In this document: one piece after another, positions 62,701 through 64,000 of the stretch | How positions within the stretch are numbered: the stretch's first letter is position 1 | Layout: each line of letters opens with the position of its first letter | Source: Mytilus californianus | Lineage: Eukaryota | Direction of reading: 5' to 3' | NCBI RefSeq assembly: GCF_021869535.1 | Contig: NW_026262581.1 | Span: forward strand, 13,950,001 to 14,014,000 | Length of the DNA: 64,000 bases | The notes under the pieces: model-generated | The model's database searches: none | Seen by the model: the letters and a program-made list of their open reading frames with translations, nothing else | Told to the model about the DNA's origin: nothing | Translations under genes and position numbers: made by a program

Positions 62701-63729
62701 AGTTGTTCAAATCAGATTCATGTATAATCAAGCATCTGCACGAATGTATAAATGTAAATGCGTTCCCTATGGTATTGAAGTGAACATACCAAAGTACAAT
62801 GTAAGGCAGAAACAGCCTTAATAAAAGCAAACCGAAGACCACTGTACATAGTATCTTCTAGAAGGCAATAATCATTTTTAAAAAGAACCATTAAAATATT
62901 TTAAATTAAGAAAGATTATGTTACAACAACAGTTTGAATTATTATTATTAGACAAGATCTCAATTACAGATTTTTATTTTTCATTTTCTGGCAAACCAAG
63001 TTCAATTGTATCTTTTATAAAAATGGATGCTGCAACAATTTAAATCAAAAGTATTAAACAAAACCAATAATACAAGTTTTCAAATTTCATCATTATGATA
63101 TAAAACTGGAACAATATAGTTATTTAAGACTACATACATGCACAGTACACATAACAGATTATTGTACATGAAGTCATGATTAACTAATTCCCTCAGGCAA
63201 AAAGTAACAACATATCAAAAATGCATGTACTTCTTAATACTTTCTATATTTTACATAATATTAAATCAGTATATACCTGGCAGTAGAGTTCTGTAGTTTT
63301 GGTTTCCCTTTTTTGGTATGGGAATTTTGGAATGTCCGTTTCGACGTTTCAACTTCCTTGTTCAGAAATTGTACATTTCAGGTTTGTATCTATCATTCCA
63401 ACCTATAATTAGAATAAATTACGTCATCATATCCATGGACATATTGTTATTGATACAGGCGTAATTACATATGTAACTGAAGAGAGTCTTAAACCTGTCA
63501 ACAAGTGATTGATTGCAACATGGACCGTGTCAGAAGTAAAAACACGACCTATAAACAAACGCAACGAAAAAGAGTCATATTTAGCTATTTCATGAACTCT
63601 AAAAATATACGTAAGCAATCTAATGTTATTGAACTTATGAATTATAAAGTAATTCCTATTTTAGATTTACATTTTCACCTGTATTGGAAAAGAACTATAC
63701 CTGTTCGACAGACGAAGAGTGTCAACTTA

Positions 63730-63960
63730 CAAAAACTTCCTATTTCCGGAAACAGTCTCGATCTGATTTCAAGGGAGGCAACATATCATTTTCCCGCCAT
63801 TTTTGCGAAACCACATCCAATTAAATTTTCGTTGTTACGCATGATCACTGTCATTCGGTATATCGAGAAAAATGATCGTGAAAGAATAAGTAACGGTCGT
63901 CAAGTCTTGCGATTGGGTCGTGAAAGATCTGGTAAAGGAAGGAAATCTTATCGAGAAGAC
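63730..63960 (-). promoter_or_regulatory. Probable PAK promoter and non-coding first exon
   Basis: CpG-richer segment with CCGCCATTTT (YY1-like, 63794-63803), TTTCCCGC (E2F-like), CCGGAA (ETS-like) and CCAAT, plus a minus-strand donor GTAAGT at 63730. Confidence 0.4.
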
Positions 63961-64000
63961 ACATGCAACGTCAGTAAATAATATAATTTAATCAATTATA

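Noticed and set aside
62624-62842. 72-aa minus-strand ORF with a hydrophobic start
   Set aside because: No recognisable motif. It lies in the presumed PAK 5' intron and its length is within the chance range.
63505-63981. 158-aa plus-strand ORF
   Set aside because: Non-ATG start, no domain features, and it overlaps the probable PAK promoter.

Overview
AT-rich eukaryotic genomic DNA with spliceosomal introns. The repeat complement looks like a bivalve mollusc, probably a Mytilus-type mussel (inferred from recognising repeat families, not from a search). No rRNA, tRNA or CRISPR array was found. Host genes: (1) a head-to-head pair of small, unrecognised genes at 16.0-18.9 kb. The minus-strand gene is a single-pass Cys-rich Shisa/WBP1/VOPP1-like protein with a PPSY motif in a second exon that the ORF track misses. 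The plus-strand gene is a 3-exon, 108-aa Cys-cluster protein. The two share an ungapped 26-aa C-terminal motif. (2) Two tandem CLN8 paralogs with uninterrupted coding regions (23.9 and 35.9 kb, +). (3) A 6-coding-exon group I PAK kinase (58873-46194, -, 486 aa), with a probable promoter at the window end. The rest is mobile and repetitive DNA: a 5'-truncated LINE with a stop-free RT, a decayed intron-containing THAP/DDE_Tnp_4 (ISL2EU/Harbinger-type) transposase, Penelope-like and Tx1/L1 RT remnants, Helentron/DINE-like elements carrying internal tandem repeats, TTAA- and TA-flanked MITEs, several minisatellites and long inverted repeats. One Penelope-associated repeat carries a structurally intact minimal Type I hammerhead ribozyme (6549-6592), and two decayed copies occur elsewhere. 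All gene models were assembled by hand from splice signals and reading-frame phase and need transcript confirmation.
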